From assembly GCF_003918875.1 (NCBI RefSeq), contig NW_025767412.1, forward strand, positions 1,674,001 to 1,738,000: a DNA stretch of 64,000 nt. The letters run 5' to 3'. Positions 22,937 through 37,079 of the stretch are shown here, in pieces. Source of the stretch: Haliotis rubra. Lineage: Eukaryota. Position numbers and translations under genes: made by a program. Numbering within the stretch: the stretch's first letter is position 1; each line of letters starts with the position of its first letter. The notes below the pieces were generated by a model, which had not been told where the DNA came from, searched no databases, and worked only from the letters and a program-made list of their open reading frames with translations.

Positions 22937-24673
22937 GGCATGTCGTGCATTATAGTGACATGTTTATAGCTTAAAAATGCTAATTGGGGAAAAAAATTCT
23001 AAAACGGTATGTTTGGCATGTTTACGATGAGAAAATGTTAGCGTTTCCAACAGATACACCTCACCTTGCATTTGATAGCTAACCTTATATTTGATACCTT
23101 ACAACTGGCACCTTAATTGCCATTTGTCATACATCGTCATCTGAAACTTTCCACTTTACCAGTTGATTCCATGGGATACTGTCGGTATGATGTGTGATTC
23201 CAGTAGGTAGTGTCTGTATGGTTGTGTGATCCAATGAGATACTGTCTGTATGGTTGTGATAAAGCTTAGGGTATGTTTTACTGCACATTCTATCTCCATG
23301 CAAAGCAAAGTTTCACCGTGATATATAGCCTAGAAAGTGGTTTTACATAGTTCTATCTCCATAACATTACACAACTTGTTAGTTCCACAGTATTCCAAGT
23401 GGTTATTGGAACAATCAGCAAATCCAGTTCGATCACGTGCCATGGAGATGACACAATCTGGAAGGTACCATCATTATAGTCATACAAATAGAACATTAGA
23501 ACATTGTCTTTATTTATGATTTATTCATTGTAATTCGTAAGCTATGAAAATAAACAAATAAAACAAGTTAAAACAACACAAATACAACCTGGTACAGTAG
23601 AAATAATCATACAATAATCGTACAATAATGATTTATCTGCATTTCTGATACATAGAACACTCTGGTTCTGAACAAAATTTACAAATCTATTTGGCCGAGT
23701 GTTCTATCTCCAAGTGTTTTTCGTTAATTACTTATTTGTTTCAAAAGCTTTAACATACTTTTGGTTATTGCCTAAGTCTTGTTGATATTTTAACACCTGT
23801 ATGTGCACAGTTCCAAAGAATTTGATCGAATATATTTGAAAATATTGTTGCTCTTAACTTCAAGATTGATCTTCTCGAAAATAGTTTTTTTAAGGACCTA
23901 GAACATTCTGGTTTTCAGACGACGATGTGTAGCTAATAGCCCAATAGAGACATCCATACATAAGTTATTTTATATATATTAGTAAGACATGTGTTTTAGG
24001 GAAATATAAGAATTTGTAAAGTGGACATACAACAGTGGAGGTTGCTTAATACCAAACTAATTTCTTAATGAAATGTTATGTCTCGAATATGATGGCTCTA
24101 AATAGGTGACGTACATATGTTTTGACTTTCAGCTGTACATGATTTTGGCGCCTACGCAATTTATGCAGTTAATGCCAAAGCTAAATATTTTACATCCAGA
24201 ACATAGTTTGAATTAAACTACATGTCATTGGCTGATGAGATTATAATTGTTCTTTCTGGTAACCAAAACCTTAAAATTGAACGAACTTTAATTTTCAAGA
24301 TTGTTTAATAATCGATAAGAAGCTATATAATGGAGACTTGACCAGGCAAACCATTAACTGATATGGATGTAATCAGTGATGCTTGGGGTCACGGTACAGT
24401 CACAATCATTTAACATCCGACCACCTCTTCCACTGAGTCGTCTCCAACGACAATATCGGCCACTTGAGAATCCCTATGGGGTTTGGATATTTAAGTGGTG
24501 TCGCTTTTGTTGGTAGTGTTTATATAACTATAACTAGAGGGAAATGGTTTTCGCCTGGAAAGTTACCTGACTCAGTTGTGATGTTAAGGATTAATTTTGT
24601 ATGTAATGTAAAAGAGGTTTAGGGGATGAAAACACATTTACTTTACATGTATAACTTTTAATAAACTGTTTAG

Positions 24674-24830
24674 GAGACATTCTAGAAGTTCCGAGTAATA
24701 GGAATGACAAGTCGTTATGGATGATCAACTTCTTTATTGTGAAATAGCGCCGTTTCGGTACAGATACTTGTACCGTTTTCAAACATCATATTGATCATCC
24801 ATAAAGACTAGTCTTGTCATTCCTAACTCT
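24674..24830 (-). mobile_element. Penelope-like element end (pLTR) with minimal hammerhead-like motif (duplicate at ~32040-32196)
   Basis: Minus strand reads TTGAAAAC-GGTACA-loop-TGTACC-GAAAC...AATAAAGAAGTTG. A partial inverted copy lies at 24793-24823 and a homologue at 44370-44473. Confidence 0.6.
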
Positions 24831-25064
24831 TAATAACCTGAAAATTATGTATATACCCCAAAAGTACTTAAGTAAACCACCAAAAATTGCATTCTCTTCT
24901 TTCATGACTCCTAGAAATTATACCGATACTTTACACCTGTCAATATATTCAAAGCATGCTACTAACTTATTGTATATCCATGGTGCTGTAACACTGCATG
25001 TAACATCCGACTGTGTATGTTACTCTGTATATTGGTTATTCTATGTGTTCTTCTGAACGCCTCT

Positions 25065-25213
25065 GGGGCGGCGGGGTAGCTCAGTGGTTAAAGCGTTCGC
25101 GCGGGTTCGATTCCCCACATGGGTACACTGTGTGAAGCCCTATTCTGGTGTCCCCCGCCATGATGTTGGTAGAATATTGCTAAAAGCAGCGAAAAACCAT
25201 CACTCACTCACTC
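25065..25213 (+). mobile_element. SINE family A copy (duplicate at ~32430-32579)
   Basis: A/B boxes and (CACT)n tail; internal deletion in the anticodon region. Confidence 0.8.
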
Positions 25214-26692
25214 TTAACACTTCTAAATACACAAAAGTTGGATAATCAGACCAAACAATAGACATTCGGTCAAAATACCTACAAGTGAGGTTAAGACACT
25301 CGCCAGGTGACCACTGTCACCACCCGATCCCATTTAACAGCCAAGAAAGGCGTTCTCGTAGATCCGTTCCACCAAGCGTTAGTAGAGTTGTGCTTTAACA
25401 TAGACTTGCTAGTGTCGTGGAGTCACGTTCGCTTTGTAGGACGGGGCCCCCGGGGACCTATATCAACCAGCGTCACGACTGGGTTGATCTAGCTGTGTGA
25501 CAAATGCAGTGGCATAAATGTGGCAGCTAAAAGATTTTTTAGTTTTTAGCTTTCGAATGGGCCTGGCACTGTTTCTGACATTTCCTTAATTGTTTATCAT
25601 CACGAAAATACGTCCACTTGTAAATGATTCATCTCGCCTCTAGACATACCAGACAGTATGAGATGAATAATCATGCCGCACATGACACATTAAACAATAG
25701 TTACTGTCAAAAACCGTCAGGCAAACTAGGTAATTGAAAATTGGATTTGATCTAAAATAACAAACGTTACCATAACGTTACAAGGCGGAAAATACCCGTC
25801 GTAACTCTGCAAACTGTTGTCCAAAGCACAAACTATGATACCCTTGTCAAATACATCACCATTGCAAACATAGTTCTAGTTTATTTTCATTTTAGCCATT
25901 TTCAAAGATGGTTGTTTACATTCTATTTCTTGCTAGTAAATTAAGGTTTTCATATAAATACGGTATTTGAGGTAAAGAGATGCAACAGTGAATATTGTGA
26001 GTCATCATCGCGGTAGACAGACAGGATGAATCACTGTCGTAGCTTTTACTTCTGAAATGTGTTTCCATACACATTGTCTGTGTGTACTCTTTTCTTGAGT
26101 GAGTGAGTTTGGTTTTACTCTGCTTTCAGCTATATAATGAAGGAGGAACGCCGGAAAGCCTTTTCTTGCCCAATGAGGATGGACATGTTGCTGACAAGAA
26201 ACATAATCATGGGAGAACCAGAATAGGGTTCTGATACGTCTAAGGGCGCAACTCGAATTATGACACATCTAACGACTGGATCATTCGTTCACCCGGTGAG
26301 CGTATAATCTGTCAAAAAGCTTAATCAGTATTCATACATTTAAATATATATTTTATTCTTAATCACACATTGACGATTACGAGTGTGAAGTGAATGGTCC
26401 TGAACAGCAAACAGAGAATCTTCTTTTTTCGCTTCTTCAGACCAGCCATTAGAACTCTTCATGGCTGCTTTTCTTCTCCTACCACACTTAAACTCGGAGC
26501 ACTGGTCGTTCAGAGAGCCTTCCTGTGAAACACTGAGCCTGTACCGATTAGATATGGCACTCTTTGGATGAAATCATTTCTGTACCTCAGTACTGAACCA
26601 ACAATATCGACATAGGCGCATAATTTCAGGACAGACATTTTGAAGACTAAATACGGCATCACGTTGTTTTGTCAGGTGCTTGTTTACGTGAC

Positions 26693-26860
26693 TGACTGAC
26701 TTGACTGAGTTTGGTTTTACGCCGCTTTTAGCAATATTTCCAGCAACATCACGGCGGGGACACCGGAAATGGGCTTTACACATTGTACCCATGTGGGGAA
26801 TAGAACCGGGTCTTCGGCGGGACGAGCCAACGCTTTAACCATTAGGCTACCCCACCGCCC
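26693..26860 (-). mobile_element. SINE family A with 12-bp TSD TGTTTACGTGAC (duplicate at ~34055-34223)
   Basis: TSD at 26681-26692 and 26861-26872. Confidence 0.88.
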
Positions 26861-27079
26861 TGTTTACGTGACACTCACTAATATTATAACTACTTAACGG
26901 CGGACTGAATGTAACCAAATACGGTGCCGACAAACCAGTGGTATATATCTTCAAGTCTATTTCGTAGGAGATCTTAGACAATATTACTAACCAAGATTAA
27001 TTGACCGTGACTATATGGTGTTCTTTCACAGATAGTGGAACCCAAAACTCACCAAAGTCCTTCTATTCATTGAAAAGAC

Positions 27080-27903
27080 TAAATAAATATCAATCAATCA
27101 ATCTTTTATCAGAACTGATAGCCACAGGCCCATAGTACATGTATATATAGTTTTCAGTAGATTTCTCTTTCATAATAGCCTGATAGATAATAAACTAATA
27201 TTTCAATTTATATACCGTTAGCAGTTGACAATGACTGTTAACTATGTGTTTTGACAGTTGTTTCGTAAAATAACTGGGTATGTATGTATATTTTATGAAG
27301 CCCAATTAAACTTATTACTCTCGGCGCTTGCGTTTACATCTAGATTACGTAACAATTTGTTGGCTTTGGATGAGTAGCGTAGTGGACATGGATAGAGAGT
27401 TTTAACCAGTACCGGAATACAACGTTTACGTGTGAACACATGAATAGGACATCTACCTGCTTCTCCTGGACAATTGTGTACTGGCGACATTCGCAAACCA
27501 AGGAATCTTTTACATATACAATAATAATACCCTTTCCAAGCGTTTGTGTTTATGAGAGCCCCATAATTCCTACCCGTATAATAATACAGGTAGTATCTTA
27601 CAGATCGAATATTTTTTAAGTAAACGTCATGTGGCAAATCTTTATTAAAGCTGCAAAGACATTTTGTACCAGATGCCAAAGTTTTCTCCTCCCGTCAGAG
27701 GAAGGGACCAATTCAGAGTTCTACTAAATAACTCGCCAAAGATACTGGTAGGAAGTAACAACTTCAAGCGTAGTTGATTTACATGTCCACTTTGAAGATT
27801 TTGACATTTTTGATCCTGTTTAATAAAACCATAAAAGTTTAGCTTTATCAAGATTAGAATTTATGGCCCATGTACTACCGTAGGTTTCTAAAGCATCAAT
27901 ATG
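27080..27903 (-). mobile_element. Degraded LINE 3' fragment cut by the duplication breakpoint
   Basis: ORF 27293..27679 (CKRFLGL...GEAGRCPI) and a (GATT)n tail at ~27090. Confidence 0.6.
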
Positions 27904-28189
27904 CCTTTATTGTCTCTCATAATGTATTTTTTCGATTGTTCTAACCGCTAGGCATCTTAGAAAACAAAACACACGACCTCTAACAACTAAATCACTCATT
28001 TATACGTTACTGTACGTATCTGACAAATATAGCGTCTGTATCAGTCATGTGTTAGTGAGTGCTGTTGCATATTCTAGATACATCACCGTGCCCATGAAAG
28101 TTCTACAATTAAGTCTTCATAAGGACCAAACCGTCACATAGCGTGACACATTCTGCATTTTAGACTGCTCCTCCATCACAGGGACGTCA

Positions 28190-28319
28190 GTCATTTTAAA
28201 AAACGTGATTTATTTACAGAGAGCACATTTTTACATAAATGCATTACTGCATGTTTAACAATGCGACTGACTGAAATAGTGTCTGGTGTCTGTTTGTATT
28301 GTGTCTTCAGAGGCTGTTT
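28190..28319 (-). other. Predicted 3' UTR exon 3 of perlustrin copy B
   Basis: Acceptor at 28320, AATAAA at 28209-28214 (-), donor at 29341. Confidence 0.7.
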
Positions 28320-29351
28320 CTGAAAAACAGATAAATAATTCCGATGATGGCTTCAAACACAAAACTAGAAATCAACAGTAATCGACTGTTGTATATATAA
28401 TCCCTTCCTTCTTTCCTTCATTCATTCATTCATCATGCACATAAATACTCTTTCCATAATATATTTTCCATATATGATAGGAAATTATCTGTTCTGTACG
28501 GAAGCTACCGAATTCTGCCGGCGATATCTCTCAGAGCCGTGAAATGGTGTTTTGGTGAACATTCATGCGTCGGGCAACTGCACGTTGAGACTGGCCAGCT
28601 TCAAAGCAAACCAATGGCGATATGACCGTTGGCTTCACTTAGACGTGGCATTTTGCGTTCGTCAACAATAATCCAAATACAGTGAATAATCGACAGACAG
28701 CGATCAACCTTTTATACCCATCATTGAGACTATCTGATCCCCAACTTTCACGTGCATTGTGTATTCTGTGACACTACACGCCGAAATTGAAAATCATGCC
28801 GTTAAATACGGGTATTTTACGGATGGTGCGTTTTGTTGTGATGTTTCAAAACATAAACACCATTGGACTCATAAACATAGCAAACCCTTTTGTAAACTGA
28901 ATCACGTTTTAATTCAATGCTGAAATTGATATTTTCATGATGCGTTTCTTTTTGGGAGAGTATATCAATACAAGTAACTATAATGACAATTCTTTGCCTT
29001 TTTTAATTTCGTATTGTTTTACGCCGTACTCAACATTTGTCCACCCCAGTCAAGTCAACCTGTAAACAATTACGAAAAAAGCCAATAACATTTTCTCACC
29101 GTGGCCCTACTACGCTTCCGTAGTTCTGTAATCTCGTGCCCAGTCGTTTTAGGCAAAGCAAAATTTTCAAAGCAATGTGTAAAACTTAACGACTTCTTTT
29201 TATTGACTTTTAAATGACTAGAATGATGTGGTTCGATTCCCAAAATCGGTACAGTGAGTGAAGCCCATTTCTGTTGTCCCCCTCTGGTAAAAGCGGCGTA
29301 AAACTAACTCACTCACTTTCTTACTTTAAATCGACACTGACCTTGAGAGTT

Positions 29352-29472
29352 TTAGCTTGTACAGACGTCGACCCTGGCGCACACACCCTTGAAATTGAGA
29401 TACCATGGCACGTATTTATAGGCTTCTATCTTGTTCCTTTTTCGCCTCAAGCACCAAAGATCAAACTGGCAC
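29352..29472 (-). CDS. perlustrin: Perlustrin copy B, exon 2
   Basis: Same translation and splice sites as copy A. Confidence 0.9.
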
Positions 29473-30014
29473 CTAGAAAATAAAATTTGCCATGCATAAA
29501 ATATGCACATATACGGCATCACAGTAAAGGACAAATAGACAACTGAAGCGACAACTCTCTCAAATACTGTTCTACACGTGAAGATCGGGGGATAAAACTG
29601 GTATTCATGCTTGTCGTAAGGGCCGACTAATGGGATCGGGTTCTCACTGACTTGGTTGGCATGTCAACGTAACCCAACTGCATAGATCGATGCTCATGCT
29701 GTTGTTCACTGGATTATCAGGTCAGACTTGATTATTTACAGACAGCCGCCATATGAGCTTGACTATTGCTGAGTGCGGCATTACACAACCAACAAACAAA
29801 CAAAACTGTTATATTCGAATAATCACAACGAAGTATAACGAAGTAAAATAAAATGAACCATTGGAGATTTTACACAGTAGGATGAGAGTAGGTTGGGAGG
29901 GGTAGGGGCTGCATTAACGCAACAATATTGCATTGGGTCCGGTCTGTGTTGGGTTTTGAGGACACAAGAATCGGGAATGGATTTCACAAATCGTACAAAA
30001 ACAACTTCAAATAC

Positions 30015-30208
30015 CTTTGTGTGAAGCTTCCGCATGGTTGTCCAAGCTCAAGTGGACATTCTGGGCAACAACCGCAAGGCGGGTACACGTATTCCGATGG
30101 CTTACAGGGTAAGCCGATGTACGGGCAAGGAGTATTTTCACAGCTAGCGCATGACAAGGCATCAGAATACAGGGCAAGACTCAAGACCACTAAGACACCC
30201 AACATCAT
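30015..30208 (-). CDS. perlustrin: Perlustrin copy B, exon 1
   Basis: Same translation and donor as copy A. Confidence 0.9.
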
Positions 30209-33200
30209 CTTGCAAACTGTCTTACACTAATTGAGTACAAGATCTGGCAGACTTATACAACAGCATCAATACAACACGGGCACCTGCATTGTTTATATAG
30301 GCATGTCGTGCATTATAGTGACATGTTTATAGCTTAAAAAATGCTAATTGGGGGGAAAAAATTCTCTAAAACGGTATGTTTGGCATGTTTACGATGAGAA
30401 AATGTTAGCGTTTCCAACAGATACACCTCACCTTGCATTTGATAGCTAACCTTATATTTGATACCTTACAACTGGCACCTTAATTGCCATTTGTCATACA
30501 TCGTCATCTGAAACTTTCCACTTTACCAGTTGATTCCATGGGATACTGTCGGTATGATGTGTGATTCCAGTAGGTAGTGTCTGTATGGTTGTGTGATCCA
30601 ATGAGATACTGTCTGTATGGTTGTGATAAAGCTTAGGGTATGTTTTACTGCACATTCTATCTCCATGCAAAGCAAAGTTTCACCGTGATATATAGCCTAG
30701 AAAGTGGTTTTACATAGTTCTATCTCCATAACATTACACAACTTGTTAGTTCCACAGTATTCCAAGTGGTTATTGGAACAATCAGCAAATCCAGTTCGAT
30801 CACGTGCCATGGAGATGACACAATCTGGAAGGTACCATCATTATAGTCATACAAATAGAACATTAGAACATTGTCTTTATTTATGATTTATTCATTGTAA
30901 TTCGTAAGCTATGAAAATAAACAAATAAAACAAGTTAAAACAACACAAATACAACCTGGTACAGTAGAAATAATCATACAATAATCGTACAATAATGATT
31001 TATCTGCATTTCTGATACATAGAACACTCTGGTTCTGAACAAAATTTACAAATCTATTTGGCCGAGTGTTCTATCTCCAAGTGTTTTTCGTTAATTACTT
31101 ATTTGTTTCAAAAGCTTTAACATACTTTTGGTTATTGCCTAAGTCTTGTTGATATTTTAACACCTGTATGTGCACAGTTCCAAAGAATTTGATCGAATAT
31201 ATTTGAAAATATTGTTGCTCTTAACTTCAAGATTGATCTTCTCGAAAATAGTTTTTTTAAGGACCTAGAACATTCTGGTTTTCAGACGACGATGTGTAGC
31301 TAATAGCCCAATAGAGACATCCATACATAAGTTATTTTATATATATTAGTAAGACATGTGTTTTAGGGAAATATAAGAATTTGTAAAGTGGACATACAAC
31401 AGTGGAGGTTGCTTAATACCAAACTAATTTCTTAATGAAATGTTATGTCTCGAATATGATGGCTCTAAATAGGTGACGTACATATGTTTTGACTTTCAGC
31501 TGTACATGATTTTGGCGCCTACGCAATTTATGCAGTTAATGCCAAAGCTAAATATTTTACATCCAGAACATAGTTTGAATTAAACTACATGTCATTGGCT
31601 GATGAGATTATAATTGTTCTTTCTGGTAACCAAAACCTTAAAATTGAACGAACTTTAATTTTCAAGATTGTTTAATAATCGATAAGAAGCTATATAATGG
31701 AGACTTGACCAGGCAAACCATTAACTGATATGGATGTAATCAGTGATGCTTGGGGTCACGGTACAGTCACAATCATTTAACATCCGACCACCTCTTCCAC
31801 TGAGTCGTCTCCAACGACAATATCGGCCACTTGAGAATCCCTATGGGGTTTGGATATTTAAGTGGTGTCGCTTTTGTTGGTAGTGTTTATATAACTATAA
31901 CTAGAGGGAAATGGTTTTCGCCTGGAAAGTTACCTGACTCAGTTGTGATGTTAAGGATTAATTTTGTATGTAATGTAAAAGAGGTTTAGGGGATGAAAAC
32001 ACATTTACTTTACATGTATAACTTTAATAAACTGTTTAGGAGACATTCTAGAAGTTCCGAGTAATAGGAATGACAAGTCGTTATGGATGATCAACTTCTT
32101 TATTGTGAAATAGCGCCGTTTCGGTACAGATACTTGTACCGTTTTCAAACATCATATTGATCATCCATAAAGACTAGTCTTGTCATTCCTAACTCTTAAT
32201 AACCTGAAAATTATGTATATACCCCAAAAGTACTTAAGTAAACCACCAAAAATTGCATTCTCTTCTTTCATGACTCCTAGAAATTATACCGATACTTTAC
32301 ACCTGTCAATATATTCAAAGCATGCTACTAACTTATGTATATCCATGGTGCTGTAACACTGCATGTAACATCCGACTGTGTATGTTACTCTGTATATTGG
32401 TTATTCTATGTGTTCTTCTGAACGCCTCTGGGGCGGCGGGGTAGCTCAGTGGTTAAAGCGTTCGCGCGGGTTCGATTCCCCACATGGGTACACTGTGTGA
32501 AGCCCTATTCTGGTGTCCCCCCGCCATGATGTTGGTAGAATATTGCTAAAAGCAGCGAAAAACCATCACTCACTCACTCTTAACACTTCTAAATACACAA
32601 AAGTTGGATAATCAGACCAAACAATAGACATTCGGTCAAAATACCTACAAGTGAGGTTAAGACACTCGCCAGGTGACCACTGTCACCACCCGATCCCATT
32701 TAACAGCCAAGAAAGGCGTTCTCGTAGATCCGTTCCACCAAGCGTTAGTAGAGTTGTGCTTTAACATAGACTTGCTAGTGTCGTGGAGTCACGTTCGCTT
32801 TGTAGGACGGGGCCCCCGGGGACCTATATCAACCAGCGTCACGACTGTGTTGATCTAGCTGTGTGACAAGTGCAGTGGCATAAATGTGGCAGCTAAAAGA
32901 TTTTTTAGTTTTTAGCTTTCGAATGGGCCTGGCACTGTTTCTGACATTTCCTTAATTGTTTATCATCACGAAAATACGTCCACTTGTAAATGATTCATCC
33001 CGCCTCTAGATATACCAGACAGTATGAGATGAATAATCATGCCGCACATGACACATTAAACAATAGTTACTGTCAAAAACCGTCAGGCAAACTAGGTAAT
33101 TGAAAATTGGATTTGATCTAAAATAACAAACGTTACCATAACGTTACAAGGCGGAAAATACCCGTCGTAACCTGCAAACTGTTGTCCAAAGCACAAACTA

Positions 33201-34439
33201 TGATACCCTTGTCAAATACATCACCATTGCAAACATAGTTCTAGTTTATTTTCATTTTAGCCATTTTCAAAGATGGTTGTTTACATTCTATTTCTTGCTA
33301 GTAAATTAAGGTTTTTCATATAAATACGGTATTTGAGTAAAGAGATGCAACAGTGAATATTGTGAGTCATCATCGCGGTAGACAGACAGGATGAATCACT
33401 GTCGTAGCTTTACTTCCTGAAATGTGTTTCCATACACATTGTCTGTGTGTACTCTTTTCTTGAGTGAGTGAGTTTGGTTTTACTCTGCTTTCAGCTATAT
33501 AATGAAGGAGGAACGCCGGAAAGCCTTTTCTTGCCCATGAGGATGGACATGTTGCTGACAAGAAACATAATCATGGGAGAACCAGAATAGGGTTCTGATA
33601 CGTCTAAGGGGCGCAACTCGAATTATGACACATCTAACGACTGGATCATTCGTTCACCCGGTGAGCGTATAATCTGTCAAAAAGCTTAATCAGTATTCAT
33701 ACATTTAAATATATATTTTATTCTTAATCACACATTGACGATTACGAGTGTGAAGTGAATGGTCCTGAACAGCAAACAGAGAATCTTCTTTTTCGCTTTT
33801 CAGACCAGCCGTAGGACTCTTCATGGCTGCTTTTCTTCTCACCACACTTAAACTCGGAGCACTGGTCGTTCAGAGAGCCTTCCTGTGAAACACTGAGCCT
33901 GTACCGATTAGATATGGCACTTCCTTTGGATGAAATCATTTCTGTACCTCCAGTACTGAACCAACAATATCGACATAGGCGCATAATTTCAGGACAGACA
34001 TTTTGAAGACTAAATACGGCATCACGTTGTTTTGTCAGGTGCTTGTTTACGTGACTGACTGACTGACTGAGTTTGGTTTTACGCCGCTTTTAGCAATATT
34101 TCAGCAACATCACGGCGGGGGACACCGGAAATGGGCTTTACACATTGTACCCATGTGGGGAATAGAACCCGGGTCTTCGGCGGGACGAGCCAACGCTTTA
34201 ACCATTAGGCTACCCCACCGCCCTGTTTACGTGACACTCACTAATATTATAACTACTTAACGGCGGACTGAATGTAACCAAATACGGTGCCGACAAACCA
34301 GTGGTATATATCTTCAAGTCTATTTCCGTAGGAGATCTTAGACAATATTACCAACCAAGACACTGACCGTGACTATATGGTGTTCTTTCACAGATAGTGG
34401 AACCCAAAAACTCACCAAAGTCCTTCTATTCATTGAAAA

Positions 34440-35520
34440 GATTAAATAAATATCAATCAATCAATCTTTTTATCAGAACTGATAGCCACAGGCCCATAGT
34501 ACACGTATATATAGTTTTCAGTAGATTTCTCTTCATAATAGCCTGATAGATAATAAACTAATATTTCAATTTATATACCGTTAGCAGTTGACAATGACTG
34601 GTTAACTATGTGTTTTGACGGTTGTTTCGTAAAATAACTGGGTATGTATGTATATTTGCGAAGCCCAATTAAACTTATTACTCTCGGCGCTTGCGTTTAC
34701 ATCTAGATTACGTAACAATTTGTTGGCTTTGGATGAGTAGCGTGAAGTGGACATGGATAGAGAGTTTTAACCAGTACGGAATACAACGTTTACGTGTGAA
34801 CACATGAATAGGACATCTACCTGCTTCTCCAAGGACAATTGTATTTGGCGTAGACATTCGCAAACCAAGGAATCTTTTACATATACAATAATAATACCCT
34901 TTCCAAGCGTTTGTGTTTATGAGAGCCCCATAATTCCTACCCGTATAATAATACAGGTAGTATCTTACAGTCGAATATTTTTAAGTAAACGTCATGTGGC
35001 AAATCTTTATTAAAGCTGCAAAGACATTTTGTACCAGATGCCAAAGTTTTCTTCTCCCTCGTCAGAGAGGGACCAATTCAGAGTTCTACTAAATAACTCG
35101 CCAAGATACTGGTAGGAAGTAACAACTTCAAGCGTAGTTGATTTACATGTCCACTTTGAAGATTTTGACATTTTTGATCCTGTTTAATAAAACCATAAGT
35201 TTAGCTTTATCAAGATTAGAATTTATGGCCCATGTACTGCCGTAGGTTTCTAAAGCATCAATATGCCTTTATGGTCCAATCACTGACTCTGATAAAAACA
35301 CCACATCATCAGCAAACATCAAAATGGTTTCTTTTACAATAAGATCTCGAAATAACTGGACACCAGTTGTGCATAACACTGTTAATCTCAGACACTAGTT
35401 CGTTAATAAAAACGAAAATAGCAAAGGGCTTAGGACACAACCTCGCCTAAGACCAACAGAACAACCAAATACATCTGTTAGAAAATTGTAATTTGTAAAA
35501 ACATAGGCTTTTTCATTTTC
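34440..35520 (-). mobile_element. Degraded LINE fragment (longer copy, includes RT core remnant)
   Basis: Minus-strand remnants of G.R.GCVLSPLLF and LMFADDVVF at ~35300-35460, continuous with the fragment duplicated at 27080-27903. Confidence 0.7.
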
Positions 35521-37079
35521 CTAAAAAGATTCATTTGTAAAATTTTATCCATTTTTGAATGGAAACCAGGTTTATTAAAAAAAGAAATTGTAAGAGGTAA
35601 TTATGTAATAATCTCAGTCCTTGGATGTACAATGGTCCGTGTATTCATGACCTTCCACATAGGCATTAACTTCACTGAAACAGTACTAAGTAGATTCAAG
35701 TTTTGCAATAATAGTTATCATGAAATACGCCGTCATAATACACGTCTATTGACTTCTGAGCTATACAACTCTCCTTTCTGTTATTGATTATTATGATAGA
35801 CATTGTTAACAGAAACTAATTATCGAAAATAAGCATTGAAAAATTCTGATCAATAACACAACAGGTGTTAATTCGTTTATAGTTAAGAGCAACGTATTGT
35901 TACACGACTGCCGCATGTTACCATAGCCGCTCAATACAGGTGAGGTAGTTAAACAGGAAGGACACACGACCTTAACAGTGCGTTGTTAGAAGCATTAAGT
36001 GTTATTAAGTCAGTTCAAGTGCGGCCTTAATCGAAGACGACTGGTACTAGATGTAGTCTAAGTGTTTTACCGAGGAATCAATACAGTAAGTTCTTGTTAC
36101 GGTTTTACTTTTCTGTTGTGATAATGCCACCATGTCATATTTACATAACATTGAATATTACATTCGTAGTTTAAATTGTCATCAGGTAAGGTAAGCGTGT
36201 CACCAGCATTGCCTCAAGTCCCTATTCTACGAAGCGATCTGAGCGATAGGACGATTGTAATTCCTAAACTGATTCTGTGACCACTCTGTAATCAAGGACC
36301 CCCATTCCACAAACGGCGTTAGTGCTGGAATGATCGTAACTGTACTATTTTTGCATTGGTGTACGACAGTTGTGGCGCTTAGACGGCTATGTGGAATTGT
36401 ACTCAGGTTTCTAAAGTCGATTTCTAAATTAAAAGTTAATCTGAAACATGTATGCAAAGGAGAGAAACAATTGTATTCTAAAATTGACCTTACAAATCAA
36501 TAGAAATATCTACAAGGGAATTGCAAAGGCAGTATACAATAGTGATAGTGAAAGTGAAACGGCTATGGCAGTACAAATACAATAGCAATATAACATAGAT
36601 TCAGTTAATACAGCACAAAGACAATGATGAAAATATTCACCTTGCTGCAGCAGTGGTCAAGCTCCCAAAACAGGCCAAGGGTGGGAATCAAAGGTGAAAA
36701 CTGATCTTCACCCAACTGCTTGTCCTAAGGAAAATGTAATCATCATGGGAGATAGCCTATCTAACTCCCAGCATAAATATAGTAACTATCACACCATAAT
36801 TCTCGACTACAACTTGGCAGAAATAATGTAACACAATATCAACACTGTCCGGCAATGAATAACACTGCATGAGGTGAACACTGTCTCCATAATTTCACGT
36901 TGTCTATTGATGAACTAGGTACTGTCAACCAGGTTTGTTATGTACACTTACCAGTGTAATCAAATACATGTATTGTAACCAGCTTTCATGCCTTGTTAAA
37001 GCTGATTATAATGCCACGCGATTAAAATTCAGGTTTTACATTAAATGACATTAGACCAGAAATATGTCACGCATTTCGT

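Larger units (their letters stand above)
20547..35272. repeat. Tandem segmental duplication, 2 x ~7.36 kb (20547-27903 and 27904-35272), each with one perlustrin gene
   Basis: Collinear near-identity at offset ~7357-7367; CCTTTAT microhomology at 20547, 27904 and 35266. Confidence 0.95.

Noticed and set aside
26380-26640. Coding-looking stretch on the minus strand (ORF 33742..33984 in the duplicate, ...KRKRRFSVCCSG)
   Set aside because: The frame differs between the two duplicate copies, there is no recognisable domain, and no partner exons were found.
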